Positions 49,897 through 58,916 of a stretch of DNA of 64,000 nucleotides are shown piece by piece; positions within the stretch are counted from its first letter, which is position 1; each line of letters opens with the position of its first letter. This DNA comes from a virus. The notes below the pieces were generated by a model, which was given only the letters and a program-made list of their open reading frames with translations, was not told where the DNA came from and did not search any database. The DNA lies in IMG/VR virus record IMGVR_UViG_3300030419_007641, positions 64,001 through 128,000 of that record; one strand, written 5' to 3'. The position numbers and the translations under genes were made by a program.

Positions 49897-50350
49897 TATC
49901 TAATTTTAAGCTAATTTTTTTTAATAGCAAATTTTGTTCTTTAATTAAATCAATTAGCTTATCTATCTTCGATGGTTCAGATAAATCAAACTCTAATTGG
50001 TTAGAACTATCGGGTTTAGTGGTAACAGCAGGAGGTGCTGCAGCAGGAGGTGCTGACTGGGCTTGCGCAGCTGCTAATTCTTGCGCAGCTTGCCGCACAT
50101 CAACTTCTACCACAGGCGAGGCAGCCGGCTCCTGTACAGGAGCCGGTGCCGGCGCGTTTTGTTGCTGTGCGGCAATATATTGCTGCTGTTCAGTAGGTGT
50201 CCGGATCACCTCTTCGAAACGTTGTTTCATAACGTGGGAGCTAGGTTGAAGATTACCGGATTGCCCAATTAGCATTTGATCTTGCTTATGGGCATCACCA
50301 TAAACTGTTCCCATAAACTGTAAAACAGCTTGTTTTTCTTCGTTAGTCAT
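49862..50350 (-). CDS. Hypothetical protein with a Gln/Ala/Pro-rich linker
   Basis: 162-aa ORF between SSB and clamp. Confidence 0.6.
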   Translation of the reverse strand: MTNEEKQAVLQFMGTVYGDAHKQDQMLIGQSGNLQPSSHVMKQRFEEVIRTPTEQQQYIAAQQQNAPAPAPVQEPAASPVVEVDVRQAAQELAAAQAQSAPPAAAPPAVTTKPDSSNQLEFDLSEPSKIDKLIDLIKEQNLLLKKISLKLDNGKGAKSTKKG

Positions 50351-50352
50351 TT

Positions 50353-51195
50353 TTAAAGGTCCTTAAGAAGATCATCAATATCATCTTCAACAGAATCTCC
50401 ACTAGTTGTAGTAGAGGCTAACTCAGGTTCAGGCTCAATAGGAGTTACATCCACTGCGGGGTCAGGTAGAGCTGGTGTACTATCTTCCGTTTTACAGTAG
50501 TAATGCTCATTAAGCATTTCTTTAAGCTCATCAAATGTCTTTAAAGTAAATACTTCACTTAAATTAAAAACGTTATCATAAATATCTTTTTGCTCATCTT
50601 CTGAAAGATCGATTTTACCCGCAGTAGTGAACCGGGAAGAAACATAAGTTGGATAATCTCCTTGCTGCTCAACTTTAATCTTAAAGTTTACACCTTCTGA
50701 TCCAAGATCAAAAATACGAGCACCAAACTCTTCAGCATCTTCACCTTCAATAGCCTCGGTAATAATTTTTTGAAGCTGTTTACCATAACGAAGGAGCTTA
50801 ACTTTACCGTTATTTTCAGGATTGGAAGGATCATCTACAACATACACATTTACCAACCACTTTTCAAGTCGGCGAACTGCACTCATTTTTTCCTTTTCCT
50901 CTTCTGTACCGGTGCGAAGAACGCGAAAACGCTCTTCAGCAATTGGATCACGATCTCCAAAGGTTTGCGGACTTAAAGTCTGAACATATTGTCCTGTTGC
51001 ATAAGATACCCATCCATGGTTGTAAAAATGAAAAAAGGTTTTACTTGGATCTTTGGCATATGGCAATAATCTTACCGTGTAAGTATTACCAGGCTTGGTC
51101 TGCATAATTTCGTTAAACGTTGCTGACCCTTTACTCTCGGAACTTGCTAAAGCATCCTTAATTGACTGAAACATTGATGTATTAAACGCACTCAT
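50353..51195 (-). CDS. gp32: Single-stranded DNA-binding protein (gp32-like)
   Basis: TVRLLP, FFHFYNHG, DPIAE, WLVNVYVVDDPSNPENNGKVKLLRYGKQL, FDL..EGVNFKIKV, acidic tail DDIDDLLKDL. Confidence 0.9.
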   Translation of the reverse strand: MSAFNTSMFQSIKDALASSESKGSATFNEIMQTKPGNTYTVRLLPYAKDPSKTFFHFYNHGWVSYATGQYVQTLSPQTFGDRDPIAEERFRVLRTGTEEEKEKMSAVRRLEKWLVNVYVVDDPSNPENNGKVKLLRYGKQLQKIITEAIEGEDAEEFGARIFDLGSEGVNFKIKVEQQGDYPTYVSSRFTTAGKIDLSEDEQKDIYDNVFNLSEVFTLKTFDELKEMLNEHYYCKTEDSTPALPDPAVDVTPIEPEPELASTTTSGDSVEDDIDDLLKDL

Positions 51196-51201
51196 ATCTT
51201 A

Positions 51202-51230
51202 ATTATAGGTACATACAAAACTAATTCAAC
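51202..51230 (-). promoter_or_regulatory. Sigma70-like promoter for gp32
   Basis: GTTGAA-N17-TATAAT, 6 nt before the ATG. Confidence 0.7.
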
Positions 51231-51238
51231 GGTTTTTT

Positions 51239-51535
51239 TCATAACTTTATATTTGAGTTAGAATTTAAAAATTTTGTAATATATTTTGATTTTGTAATAG
51301 ATGGTTCAAAATCTATGAATAATTTGATCATTTCATAGTTGCTTTCGAGAGTTAAAAGCTCTTTTAAAATAGCTCTTAATTTTTTTTCTTGTAAAACTAG
51401 AATAAATATGTTCTGTAATGAAAGCTTTTTGCCTTTAAGCATAGTACAGAACGTACAAAAACATAATAGTAGATGCTCTGTTTCATCATGTATTAGAGTT
51501 TTAGACGGGTTAGGAGATATATTACTTATTAACAC
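51239..51535 (-). CDS. Hypothetical protein
   Basis: 98-aa ORF. Confidence 0.5.
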   Translation of the reverse strand: MLISNISPNPSKTLIHDETEHLLLCFCTFCTMLKGKKLSLQNIFILVLQEKKLRAILKELLTLESNYEMIKLFIDFEPSITKSKYITKFLNSNSNIKL

Positions 51536-52401
51536 GGTAAAAATGTTTTGGTTAAGTTAGCAAATTGTTCAGTAAGCGCTCCTCCACCAGCTGCGGCATA
51601 GCCACCGCCATTACATAGATTTTTAGCCAGTATACTTACATCGACATCACATTGTTTATGTCTTCTAAATGAAACTGTCTTTGCTTTAGTATTTACAACA
51701 ATACCAATATCAGCAGCATGCTTATTAATTAAAAAATGAGCTACCTCGTTAACTGCATAATCACCAAACGTTGCAATCACATTATAATTTTTAATTTTAC
51801 CTTTAAATACTTGAGCATTTTGTATTTGCTCCTTGAACTTTTTAAAGAATAACTTTACAGAATTTTTTTCTAAAACAGTATACTCCCTAAACCCGGTAAA
51901 AAAAGAGTCTATAAATTTTTCAGCTTTTGGATTGTTTAGACCTCTATGTATAGCGTTTAACTTTAAAGAATCAATATTGTGGATATTGTAAGCATCATAC
52001 TCATTAATAATATTAACTAATTGCTGCTGTTTGTTACTTAAGTTAAGCGCTGCTTCAAATTTTTTGCAAACTAGTCCCGTACAAGAAGAAAATTCCTCTA
52101 TAATAGGTTTTGCATTTTTATATAAATGCTTATTTTTGACGTGAGCTATATGATGGTCAATTACAACTACGTTTGATTTATCAACTACCTCAATAACTTC
52201 CGGTGTAAGATCTAAATCTAGAATAAAAATTTTATCGTAATGATCGAGTGTTCCTAATACCCCTTTAAACTTACCAGATATCGTTGATTCAGAAACTTCA
52301 TTGATTAAAAATGTTTTAGCTTTAGAGCCATATAACCATTTTATAATTAATGCCGCACCAGTACCATCCAGATCATTATCAGTCCATACTAATATATTCA
52401 C
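51529..52401 (-). CDS. DHH-family phosphoesterase
   Basis: D-x-D-x-D-G (TDNDLDG), ILDL, VIDHH; DHHA1-like C-terminus SFR...LAK..GGGY..AGG. Confidence 0.85.
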   Translation of the reverse strand: MNILVWTDNDLDGTGAALIIKWLYGSKAKTFLINEVSESTISGKFKGVLGTLDHYDKIFILDLDLTPEVIEVVDKSNVVVIDHHIAHVKNKHLYKNAKPIIEEFSSCTGLVCKKFEAALNLSNKQQQLVNIINEYDAYNIHNIDSLKLNAIHRGLNNPKAEKFIDSFFTGFREYTVLEKNSVKLFFKKFKEQIQNAQVFKGKIKNYNVIATFGDYAVNEVAHFLINKHAADIGIVVNTKAKTVSFRRHKQCDVDVSILAKNLCNGGGYAAAGGGALTEQFANLTKTFLPC

Positions 52402-52426
52402 TTTTATCCTATTTATAAGGAACTAT

Positions 52427-53734
52427 TTATGTTGCAAGCCCGGCTAACATATTAAGGGTGTCATCCATACCCTCATCAATTTCAATATCATCAGCTTGAT
52501 CAATAGTAAGAGTAGAATAATCAATTCTCATTGCCTGTGTTATTCCTCTCGGACCATATCGATTTTTCATCATACCTAACCGTATAATTCCAATTCCTCT
52601 ATCTTCTTCATTTTGAAAAATCGATATGATAGCATCAGCAGTAGCTGCTAATCCAATGGATTCTGAAATAGTTGCTAAGTCAGGGTTATCAGTGTCAAAT
52701 CCTGCTCTATTTAACTGCGTAGCTGAAATAATGGGGCAGTTAAACAAGTAGCTCATTGCGCGCACTTGTTCAGTTACATGCTTAATACGCTCATATGAGT
52801 TATTACCTACTGAAGAATGCATTAAGTTAAGGTAGTCTAGTACAATTGCATCTAGCTTAATGCCCTGCTCTTCAAATTTTTTTACAAATGCTTTTAATTG
52901 ATTAGCGGTAATAGTAGCTGGAGGAAACTCCTTAATAAATATTTTACCTCCTTGATTATTCATAGCCTGTTTAATACTTGGTGTATTATCAGCCATTTGT
53001 TTCATTGGGATTTTTGTTACATTACTACAAATGCGCCGGGCATATAGTAACTCAGACATCTCAAGTGTAACTAACAAGACATTTTTACCTTGCTCAGCTA
53101 TATTACTAGCAATATTACCGAGAAAAATAGACTTACCAATATTAGTCTCCCCAGCAAATACATATAAAGCTTTCCCGGCTTCTAAAAACCCTCCACCTAA
53201 ACTATTATCTAGCCATTCCCATTTACTTGGTACATATCTTTCAACAGAGTTAAGATCATCGATAAGCTTATCAACATCGCCATATAATTCTAGCCCTAAA
53301 TCAGTTACCAAATTTATGTTACATGACTTTTCAAATTTATCTAAAACAACAGATGTATCAACTTCACCACTTGATACATCTTCAGCGACATTTAGCATTG
53401 TATGATATACAGCTTTCTCTTTTAGAAAGCGTTCCGTATTATCATAAAGCTCTTCTTTATCTAAATTTTTATCAATATCATTAAATGACTTAACTAAACC
53501 TTTAAACGATTCCTTTTGCTCGTCTGATACCAAATACGACTTAATTTCCGTAGTTGTAGGTAGTTTATTTCGCTTTTCGGTAAAGTCTTTAATTATATCA
53601 AAAATACTAGCAATTGCTTTATCCTTAAAATATTCAGGCTTAACAAAGTCGGCAATAGAAGCAAGGTACCCACTATCCGTAAGAGACTTATAAATAAGAA
53701 TATTTTCGAAATAATCTAAGTCTAACTTACTCAC
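52427..53734 (-). CDS. gp41: Replicative DnaB-like helicase
   Basis: Walker A AGETNIGKS, TLEMSE, IKEFP, VLDYLNL, SATQLNR, ISESIGL..TAD, MKNRYG. Confidence 0.93.
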   Translation of the reverse strand: MSKLDLDYFENILIYKSLTDSGYLASIADFVKPEYFKDKAIASIFDIIKDFTEKRNKLPTTTEIKSYLVSDEQKESFKGLVKSFNDIDKNLDKEELYDNTERFLKEKAVYHTMLNVAEDVSSGEVDTSVVLDKFEKSCNINLVTDLGLELYGDVDKLIDDLNSVERYVPSKWEWLDNSLGGGFLEAGKALYVFAGETNIGKSIFLGNIASNIAEQGKNVLLVTLEMSELLYARRICSNVTKIPMKQMADNTPSIKQAMNNQGGKIFIKEFPPATITANQLKAFVKKFEEQGIKLDAIVLDYLNLMHSSVGNNSYERIKHVTEQVRAMSYLFNCPIISATQLNRAGFDTDNPDLATISESIGLAATADAIISIFQNEEDRGIGIIRLGMMKNRYGPRGITQAMRIDYSTLTIDQADDIEIDEGMDDTLNMLAGLAT

Positions 53735-53752
53735 ACCTTATAGTATATTATT

Positions 53753-54406
53753 TTATTTTGATTTCCACTTATTAAGAAACCATTCCTGCCCTTTATTAAA
53801 TTCATCAGTAAAAGATGTCAATCCGGGTGAATTATGAGTAACTAAAATATCACCAACACCCAATTTAAAGCCGGCTTTATGACACTGCATAGAATAGTCT
53901 AAATCGTAAAAGTGCCATTTTGAAGGACAGCTTTCATCAAATCGTATCTTTTCAAATACCTTTCTTTTTATAGCGAGAAATACCCCATCTAGTAATACCA
54001 CGCGTTTAGGGTAGGGGCCAAATGCAGTCATGTGCTTTTCATCTGTATCACCGTGTGCTACTGCTCCAAACAAATTACCAGAACCAAAGCCACCACCCAT
54101 TAAATGCCACAGCGCGGGTTTTTCAAGCTTTACCTCCGTCGTACCAGCACACCCCACTACATCAAATTTTTGTAACTGTTGTTCTAATCGTTCTTCTGAA
54201 AAATTCTCTAAAATTACGTCATCATGAACAAGTACTAAATTATCTATCTCATTCTCTAACGCAAAATCGATAGCTTTGTTGTAAGTTTTATGTAGAGACT
54301 CTTTATTACCCTCCTTAATAAAAAATGGAGTTTTACCATCATCTGTTTTATATAAAAGGGACTCCCCCTTTTTACTAGGCGTCGCTGAAAAAATAAATGT
54401 TTTCAT
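53753..54406 (-). CDS. Glycosyltransferase, GT-A fold (GT2-like/StrF-like)
   Basis: LVLVHDDV (DxD-type), VVGCAG, LDGVFLA, RFDE, WHFYDLDYS..CHKAG, VTHNSPG. Confidence 0.8.
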   Translation of the reverse strand: MKTFIFSATPSKKGESLLYKTDDGKTPFFIKEGNKESLHKTYNKAIDFALENEIDNLVLVHDDVILENFSEERLEQQLQKFDVVGCAGTTEVKLEKPALWHLMGGGFGSGNLFGAVAHGDTDEKHMTAFGPYPKRVVLLDGVFLAIKRKVFEKIRFDESCPSKWHFYDLDYSMQCHKAGFKLGVGDILVTHNSPGLTSFTDEFNKGQEWFLNKWKSK

Positions 54407-55065
54407 ACAAATGCAAATGGCGAGTTATATTCAAAGGTCCCGGCTTTATTCCACCTTTTTGTTTTCTTATTTAACTTCATAATAACCCCTTCAGGTAGTA
54501 ATTTGTACCCAGCGCCGGGCATTGTAGAGTAATTCCCTTTATTATTATAGTGAAGTAATGATCCAGACCTGGCTATATAAATGTCATTAGTGAAACAATG
54601 TAACATACTTAAAGCATATGTACCTTTTAACAGTTGCAATGATTGCTTAATAATTGCCACCGGGTCTTTATTTGAACGAGTAAATTTTTCAAGCAGCTCT
54701 ACTATAACTGCAGTATCAACCGGATTTTCTAGGAACTTTGCTTCTTTCCTTCTTAGTTTTTTATCATTTGTCAATACACCATTATGACTAACTAGCCACG
54801 TCATAGATTCAAATGGATGAGACGTATTATAGCTCCACTCTCTCTTAGCTGACGTAGGTGCCTGTACATGCCCAAGAAGATATTCCACATTATCTTTACC
54901 GGCGTAATTAAATTTATCAAAATTTATGTCACCTTCTTGTTTTGCAACAAACTGATCTTCATCTGCTAAGCATACAACACTGCTAGCAAAGTTGCCCCGT
55001 TCTTTGTTAGCTTCATATAAAACCTCAAACATCGTTTTGTCAAATGATCCAAAAATAGCGCACAT
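54403..55065 (-). CDS. Class II (Ntn) glutamine amidotransferase, stand-alone
   Basis: N-terminal nucleophile MCAIFG, ERG, LGHVQAPT, HPF, SHNGVLTN, VDT. Confidence 0.85.
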   Translation of the reverse strand: MCAIFGSFDKTMFEVLYEANKERGNFASSVVCLADEDQFVAKQEGDINFDKFNYAGKDNVEYLLGHVQAPTSAKREWSYNTSHPFESMTWLVSHNGVLTNDKKLRRKEAKFLENPVDTAVIVELLEKFTRSNKDPVAIIKQSLQLLKGTYALSMLHCFTNDIYIARSGSLLHYNNKGNYSTMPGAGYKLLPEGVIMKLNKKTKRWNKAGTFEYNSPFAFV

Positions 55066-55072
55066 ATAATGT

Positions 55073-55101
55073 AGTATAAGGTATAAGAGGGAATAATCTA
55101 T
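55073..55101 (-). promoter_or_regulatory. Sigma70-like promoter for GATase-GT-helicase
   Basis: ATAGAT-N17-TATACT, 7 nt before the ATG. Confidence 0.45.
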
Positions 55102-55133
55102 ATATTTTGGCCTCTAAGATATAAATATATTAT

Positions 55134-56819
55134 ATGGGTTCTTTTGATTATAGCGACGATTATAGTAGTTTTGATAATTTATTAAATCGGACAACTTTAT
55201 TAACTGAAGGTGGTAGGGGTCTAGGAGGTTATCACCCCGGGTTCGGTAGATCCTTAACGAGTAGATTAAAAGATGCGGGATCAGAAGCATTTACTAGAGA
55301 CTCACGTAAATTTGTTGTGCATATATTATATGGGGCTAACATTCTTACAGACGAAGAAGAGAGTATGTTACGATCAGCTGGGCCTGCAGGGGGAAAAAAT
55401 TACAGGTTGACCTTAGTACAAATTTTAGATAATCATAAGGATGAAATTATCGAGAGAGCAGATGAAATTAGTGATGCAATAGAGGAAAGATTTCCAGCAC
55501 TAGCAAATGAGATTTTAGGTAGGGATCCTGAAAGAATAAAAAATAATATAAGTAAAAGAAAGGTAAAATTAGCCAATAAGGAAATTGAGAAAGGAATAAA
55601 AAGTGGAGAGGACCCGGTTGATGTTATCACTGATGAGATGGAAAAGGTTTTAGCTAATGCTGCTGTATATACAGCTTTAACTAATGCACAACGTAAGGTA
55701 TCAGATAGGGCATTAGATGCAGTTGAAAAATATGCGATAGAGTATGTTAATAGTTTTAGTGATTTAGATAAATTAATTAACAACTTAAAAACCAAATTTG
55801 ATGACGAGGACTTTAATATGTTAGCGGATGAGCTATCCAATAGTTTATCGAGTATAAGGAGTAATGCTGGTATTGGTGAAGATAATGAAGAGCCGGAAGA
55901 AGATCCTGATGAGCCGGATGAAGAGTTTGCAAACGCACCAGGAGGCACGCCTGGGTCTTATGCTAGGGGTGAAGAAGGAAATGAAACAACTTCCATAGTG
56001 GATAGCTTAAATAATGATATGCGGAAAAAAAGATTGCTTGTTGAAAAAAGGAAAAATTGGGGTAAGTTTAGGTCTAATAGAAGACAAAAATTGGTTGTTG
56101 AAAAAGATCTCAATGCTGCTGAAAGAAGGGCACTTCCTGATAGTGATTTTGCACTTCCTGGGAAGGGTAAAGGCCCTGAAGGTAAGCAAGCAGGTGCTTA
56201 TCCTATTAATGATGAAGACCATGCACGTAATGCACTAGCAAGGGTGGCACAGCATGGTACCCCGGAGGAAAAGAAAAAGGTTCGTGCTGCTGTTGCAAGA
56301 AAATACCCTGATATTACACAGGAAGAAGAAGAATTTAACCCCAGAAGAGATGCTCCGGAACATAAAGAAGGAGATCCACACCCTGCAACACGCGCTGGAG
56401 AAGAACTTATTGGTACAATGGTAAAATTTTGGCGAGATGGACCAATGTTCGGAGAAGTTGTTGATGTAGATGTAGAACAAGGTTTTGCAGTAGTTGAAAC
56501 CGGTTTAGGGCATATGCGGGTGGGTCCGTCGGAAAAGTGGGTTGTTGAATTAGGTGAGCTCACTAAAGCTATTCGCCGCAAGCCGCGATCCACCCAAACG
56601 CGGTTCCCGGAAACCAGGCCCGGCCGGCCAGGATTTCGCCCGGCTGAAGACAATAAAGAAAACACTCATAAAGAGTCCTACACTAGCAACTACTTAAGTG
56701 AACAAAAGAGCAGTGATAAGCGCAATATTAAGCCAAGAACTGAAAATCAGTCTTTTAAAGAGAGATACAAGCCAAAGACACATTGGCAGTTAGAAGAGCT
56801 TAGACGAATGGGCCTTTAA
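55134..56819 (+). CDS. Late, acidic multidomain protein with a DUF6582-like segment; possible head-internal protein
   Basis: TATAAATA at 55120-55127; LLTE/LLVE/LVVE sites; LPDSDFALPG...YPINDEDHARNALARVAQHG..VRAAVARKYP. Confidence 0.55.
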   Translation: MGSFDYSDDYSSFDNLLNRTTLLTEGGRGLGGYHPGFGRSLTSRLKDAGSEAFTRDSRKFVVHILYGANILTDEEESMLRSAGPAGGKNYRLTLVQILDNHKDEIIERADEISDAIEERFPALANEILGRDPERIKNNISKRKVKLANKEIEKGIKSGEDPVDVITDEMEKVLANAAVYTALTNAQRKVSDRALDAVEKYAIEYVNSFSDLDKLINNLKTKFDDEDFNMLADELSNSLSSIRSNAGIGEDNEEPEEDPDEPDEEFANAPGGTPGSYARGEEGNETTSIVDSLNNDMRKKRLLVEKRKNWGKFRSNRRQKLVVEKDLNAAERRALPDSDFALPGKGKGPEGKQAGAYPINDEDHARNALARVAQHGTPEEKKKVRAAVARKYPDITQEEEEFNPRRDAPEHKEGDPHPATRAGEELIGTMVKFWRDGPMFGEVVDVDVEQGFAVVETGLGHMRVGPSEKWVVELGELTKAIRRKPRSTQTRFPETRPGRPGFRPAEDNKENTHKESYTSNYLSEQKSSDKRNIKPRTENQSFKERYKPKTHWQLEELRRMGL

Positions 56820-57583
56820 GCGCACTTTTTGCACTTATTTTCTTTATAAAGCTTATCTAACTTTTCTTGTTGGACATACTGGATAGGATCTTCAAATCCA
56901 GCATCAATAAACCCCTTAACTCTCATACTACTTGATGGAGTTGTAGCATCAGCTAATTTATCTTCTCTGTTGGAGTAGCATGTCCATGTATCCTCATATT
57001 TAACTCCTAATTTAATTCCCTTTTTAACAATTGCAGCCTTACACATACTTAACAAGGGGGCTTCGATCTCAATTCTCTTTTCTCTGTTCAAATCTGTTAA
57101 CTTGTTAATACAATTAACAAACTGTGAACTACCATCCCAATATCCAGCTAATGAATCAACTTGAGCGGCACCATACCAGACTGTATGACATCCAATACCC
57201 TCAGCATATGAAGCGCAAATTGACAAAAACATCATATTACGAAATGGTACATATGATACCGGTTGCGCATCACCTGCCATTTCACTAATATCCGGATTGT
57301 CAATACTAGTATTAGTTAAAGATGAAGTTGGAGCAATATCTTTAATATAACTTACATCTAATACCTTATTAGTAACATTTATATAATTAAATTTACTATA
57401 TTTGTCACGAAAATTACTAATTTGTTTTTGAACACACTCTAATTCTCTCTTATGCCTCTGCCCGTAATCAAAAGTTACAGTATGTATATCATTGAATCCT
57501 TGATCCGCTGCCATATACAGCAAAACTGCAGAATCCATTCCCCCACTAAGCGTTAATACTATTTTTTTCTTTCTTGTTGCCAT
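56816..57583 (-). CDS. queC: QueC-like PP-loop ATPase (7-cyano-7-deazaguanine synthase family) with a divergent Zn site
   Basis: VLTLSGGMDS, FDYGQRH..E, YVPFRNMMFLS, YAE, IEAPL...K, TWTCY. The usual CGxCxxC is replaced by ADATTPSS. Confidence 0.8.
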   Translation of the reverse strand: MATRKKKIVLTLSGGMDSAVLLYMAADQGFNDIHTVTFDYGQRHKRELECVQKQISNFRDKYSKFNYINVTNKVLDVSYIKDIAPTSSLTNTSIDNPDISEMAGDAQPVSYVPFRNMMFLSICASYAEGIGCHTVWYGAAQVDSLAGYWDGSSQFVNCINKLTDLNREKRIEIEAPLLSMCKAAIVKKGIKLGVKYEDTWTCYSNREDKLADATTPSSSMRVKGFIDAGFEDPIQYVQQEKLDKLYKENKCKKCA

Positions 57584-57585
57584 AT

Positions 57586-58686
57586 TTAAATTTCTAATGC
57601 TGGTTCTTCTTCTGGTATTTCTTGTTCTTCATCATTGCTATAAGACCATTCCCTTTTAATACGCTCTTCTACTTTAGGTAAAATAGTTTCTTCCCAAAGT
57701 TTTTCGTCTTTGCGCCACTTTTTATAATAACCTAACTTCTTACCATCTTCAAGCTGATAAGTTGCCCCAGTTTGAATTACTGCACCAACACCTACAGCAA
57801 GATCAACTAACCCATAATAACGATCAAGCCCAGACGCAAATGAAAGGTACATTTCACCTTCAAGGTACTGTTTAATAAATCGGTTTTTACGAGTTAGTGC
57901 TCTAATTATAATACCTGCATACTTTTTCTGACCGACTGCCAACTCTCCATCAACTGTCTTACCTCCATCCGACTTCATTGGCTTACGAGCTAGCTGTACT
58001 GTTACAGATGGAAGGTAAATGCATGATTTACCACCGGGCATATTCTTTTCAATAGAAGGAAACAATGCCGTTGGATCATCATAAACATGATTAGTGCAAA
58101 GAATTGTTGTTTGAGTAACAGATCCAAGATTAGTGCATGTCTGCATTAATGTCTTCATTGCACGTGCCTTTGTACCCATATCAGAACTAGTACTATCTTT
58201 ACCCATACGTGATAATTCAAGTTCAGATTGAAGATTAGCCAAAGAATCAATTGCTATAATAAACTTACCCTCTAATCCCTTATCCTTTACTGACATAAGG
58301 AACTTATATAACGAGTTACGTGTTTGCTCAATACTTGTACAAGGAACATACTTGACCTTACTAATATCTAATCCTAATCTTTCAGCACCCTCTGGATCAA
58401 TGGCATTTTCTGTATCAAAGATAACAGGGACTAGCCCTTCCTCCTGGGCCTTAGCTAAGATTTTTTGAACAAAAAGTGATTTACCTGTCATTGACTCACC
58501 GGCCAGCATTGTTACTCTGCCTTTAGGAATTCCACCGTGAATTGACCCAGAAATAATTGCATTTAGCACATAAGACCCCGTATCAATCCATTCTCCTACC
58601 CGGCTCAAGGTATTACTATTGAGATAAGTTGCGAAAGGGTTGACAGAATCGATAGAATCTAATGCACTAGTGATATCTTTATCCAT
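57586..58686 (-). CDS. uvsX: RecA-like recombinase UvsX
   Basis: IDTGSYVLNAIISG, Walker A AGESMTGKS, FDTENA, IAIDSL, TNHVY, GG. Confidence 0.92.
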   Translation of the reverse strand: MDKDITSALDSIDSVNPFATYLNSNTLSRVGEWIDTGSYVLNAIISGSIHGGIPKGRVTMLAGESMTGKSLFVQKILAKAQEEGLVPVIFDTENAIDPEGAERLGLDISKVKYVPCTSIEQTRNSLYKFLMSVKDKGLEGKFIIAIDSLANLQSELELSRMGKDSTSSDMGTKARAMKTLMQTCTNLGSVTQTTILCTNHVYDDPTALFPSIEKNMPGGKSCIYLPSVTVQLARKPMKSDGGKTVDGELAVGQKKYAGIIIRALTRKNRFIKQYLEGEMYLSFASGLDRYYGLVDLAVGVGAVIQTGATYQLEDGKKLGYYKKWRKDEKLWEETILPKVEERIKREWSYSNDEEQEIPEEEPALEI

Positions 58687-58693
58687 ATAACGG

Positions 58694-58722
58694 ATTATAA
58701 AGTATATAGTAGTAATTTCAAC
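58694..58722 (-). promoter_or_regulatory. Sigma70-like promoter for uvsX-queC
   Basis: GTTGAA-N17-TATAAT, 7 nt before the ATG, immediately after the terminator. Confidence 0.7.
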
Positions 58723-58750
58723 AAAAAAAAAGCCCCTTTCGGGGCTTTTT
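58723..58750 (-). terminator. Rho-independent terminator (possibly bidirectional)
   Basis: On the - strand: AAAAAGCCCC-GAAA-GGGGC followed by a long U-tract. The + strand also has a T5 tract. Confidence 0.9.
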
Positions 58751-58757
58751 AAAAAGA

Positions 58758-58916
58758 TGTGAGGGAGGATTTGCTTTTTACCTCCAACTTTTGAGCCTAA
58801 CTAGTTTCTACTGTTACTCTACTCGAACTCCTCTCTCTTTGCTCATCCATTTGGACATTGCTCAAGACGGGATACCTTATACGGCTAGGAACATCGTATT
58901 ATTCGCGTCACTCACA
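58758..58916 (-). ncRNA. Candidate structured RNA (unknown family)
   Basis: Non-coding, GC-richer spacer with nested complementary pairs TGTGAG/CTCACA, TTGAGC/GCTCAA and GGAGG/CCTCC. Bounded by a hairpin (58918-58936) and a terminator. Confidence 0.3.

Noticed and set aside
52410-52430. AAGGAACTATTTAT as a fourth copy of the GGAACTA motif
   Set aside because: It is on the opposite strand to the local genes and lacks the -10 hexamer; the site is better explained by TAAATA motifs on the - strand.
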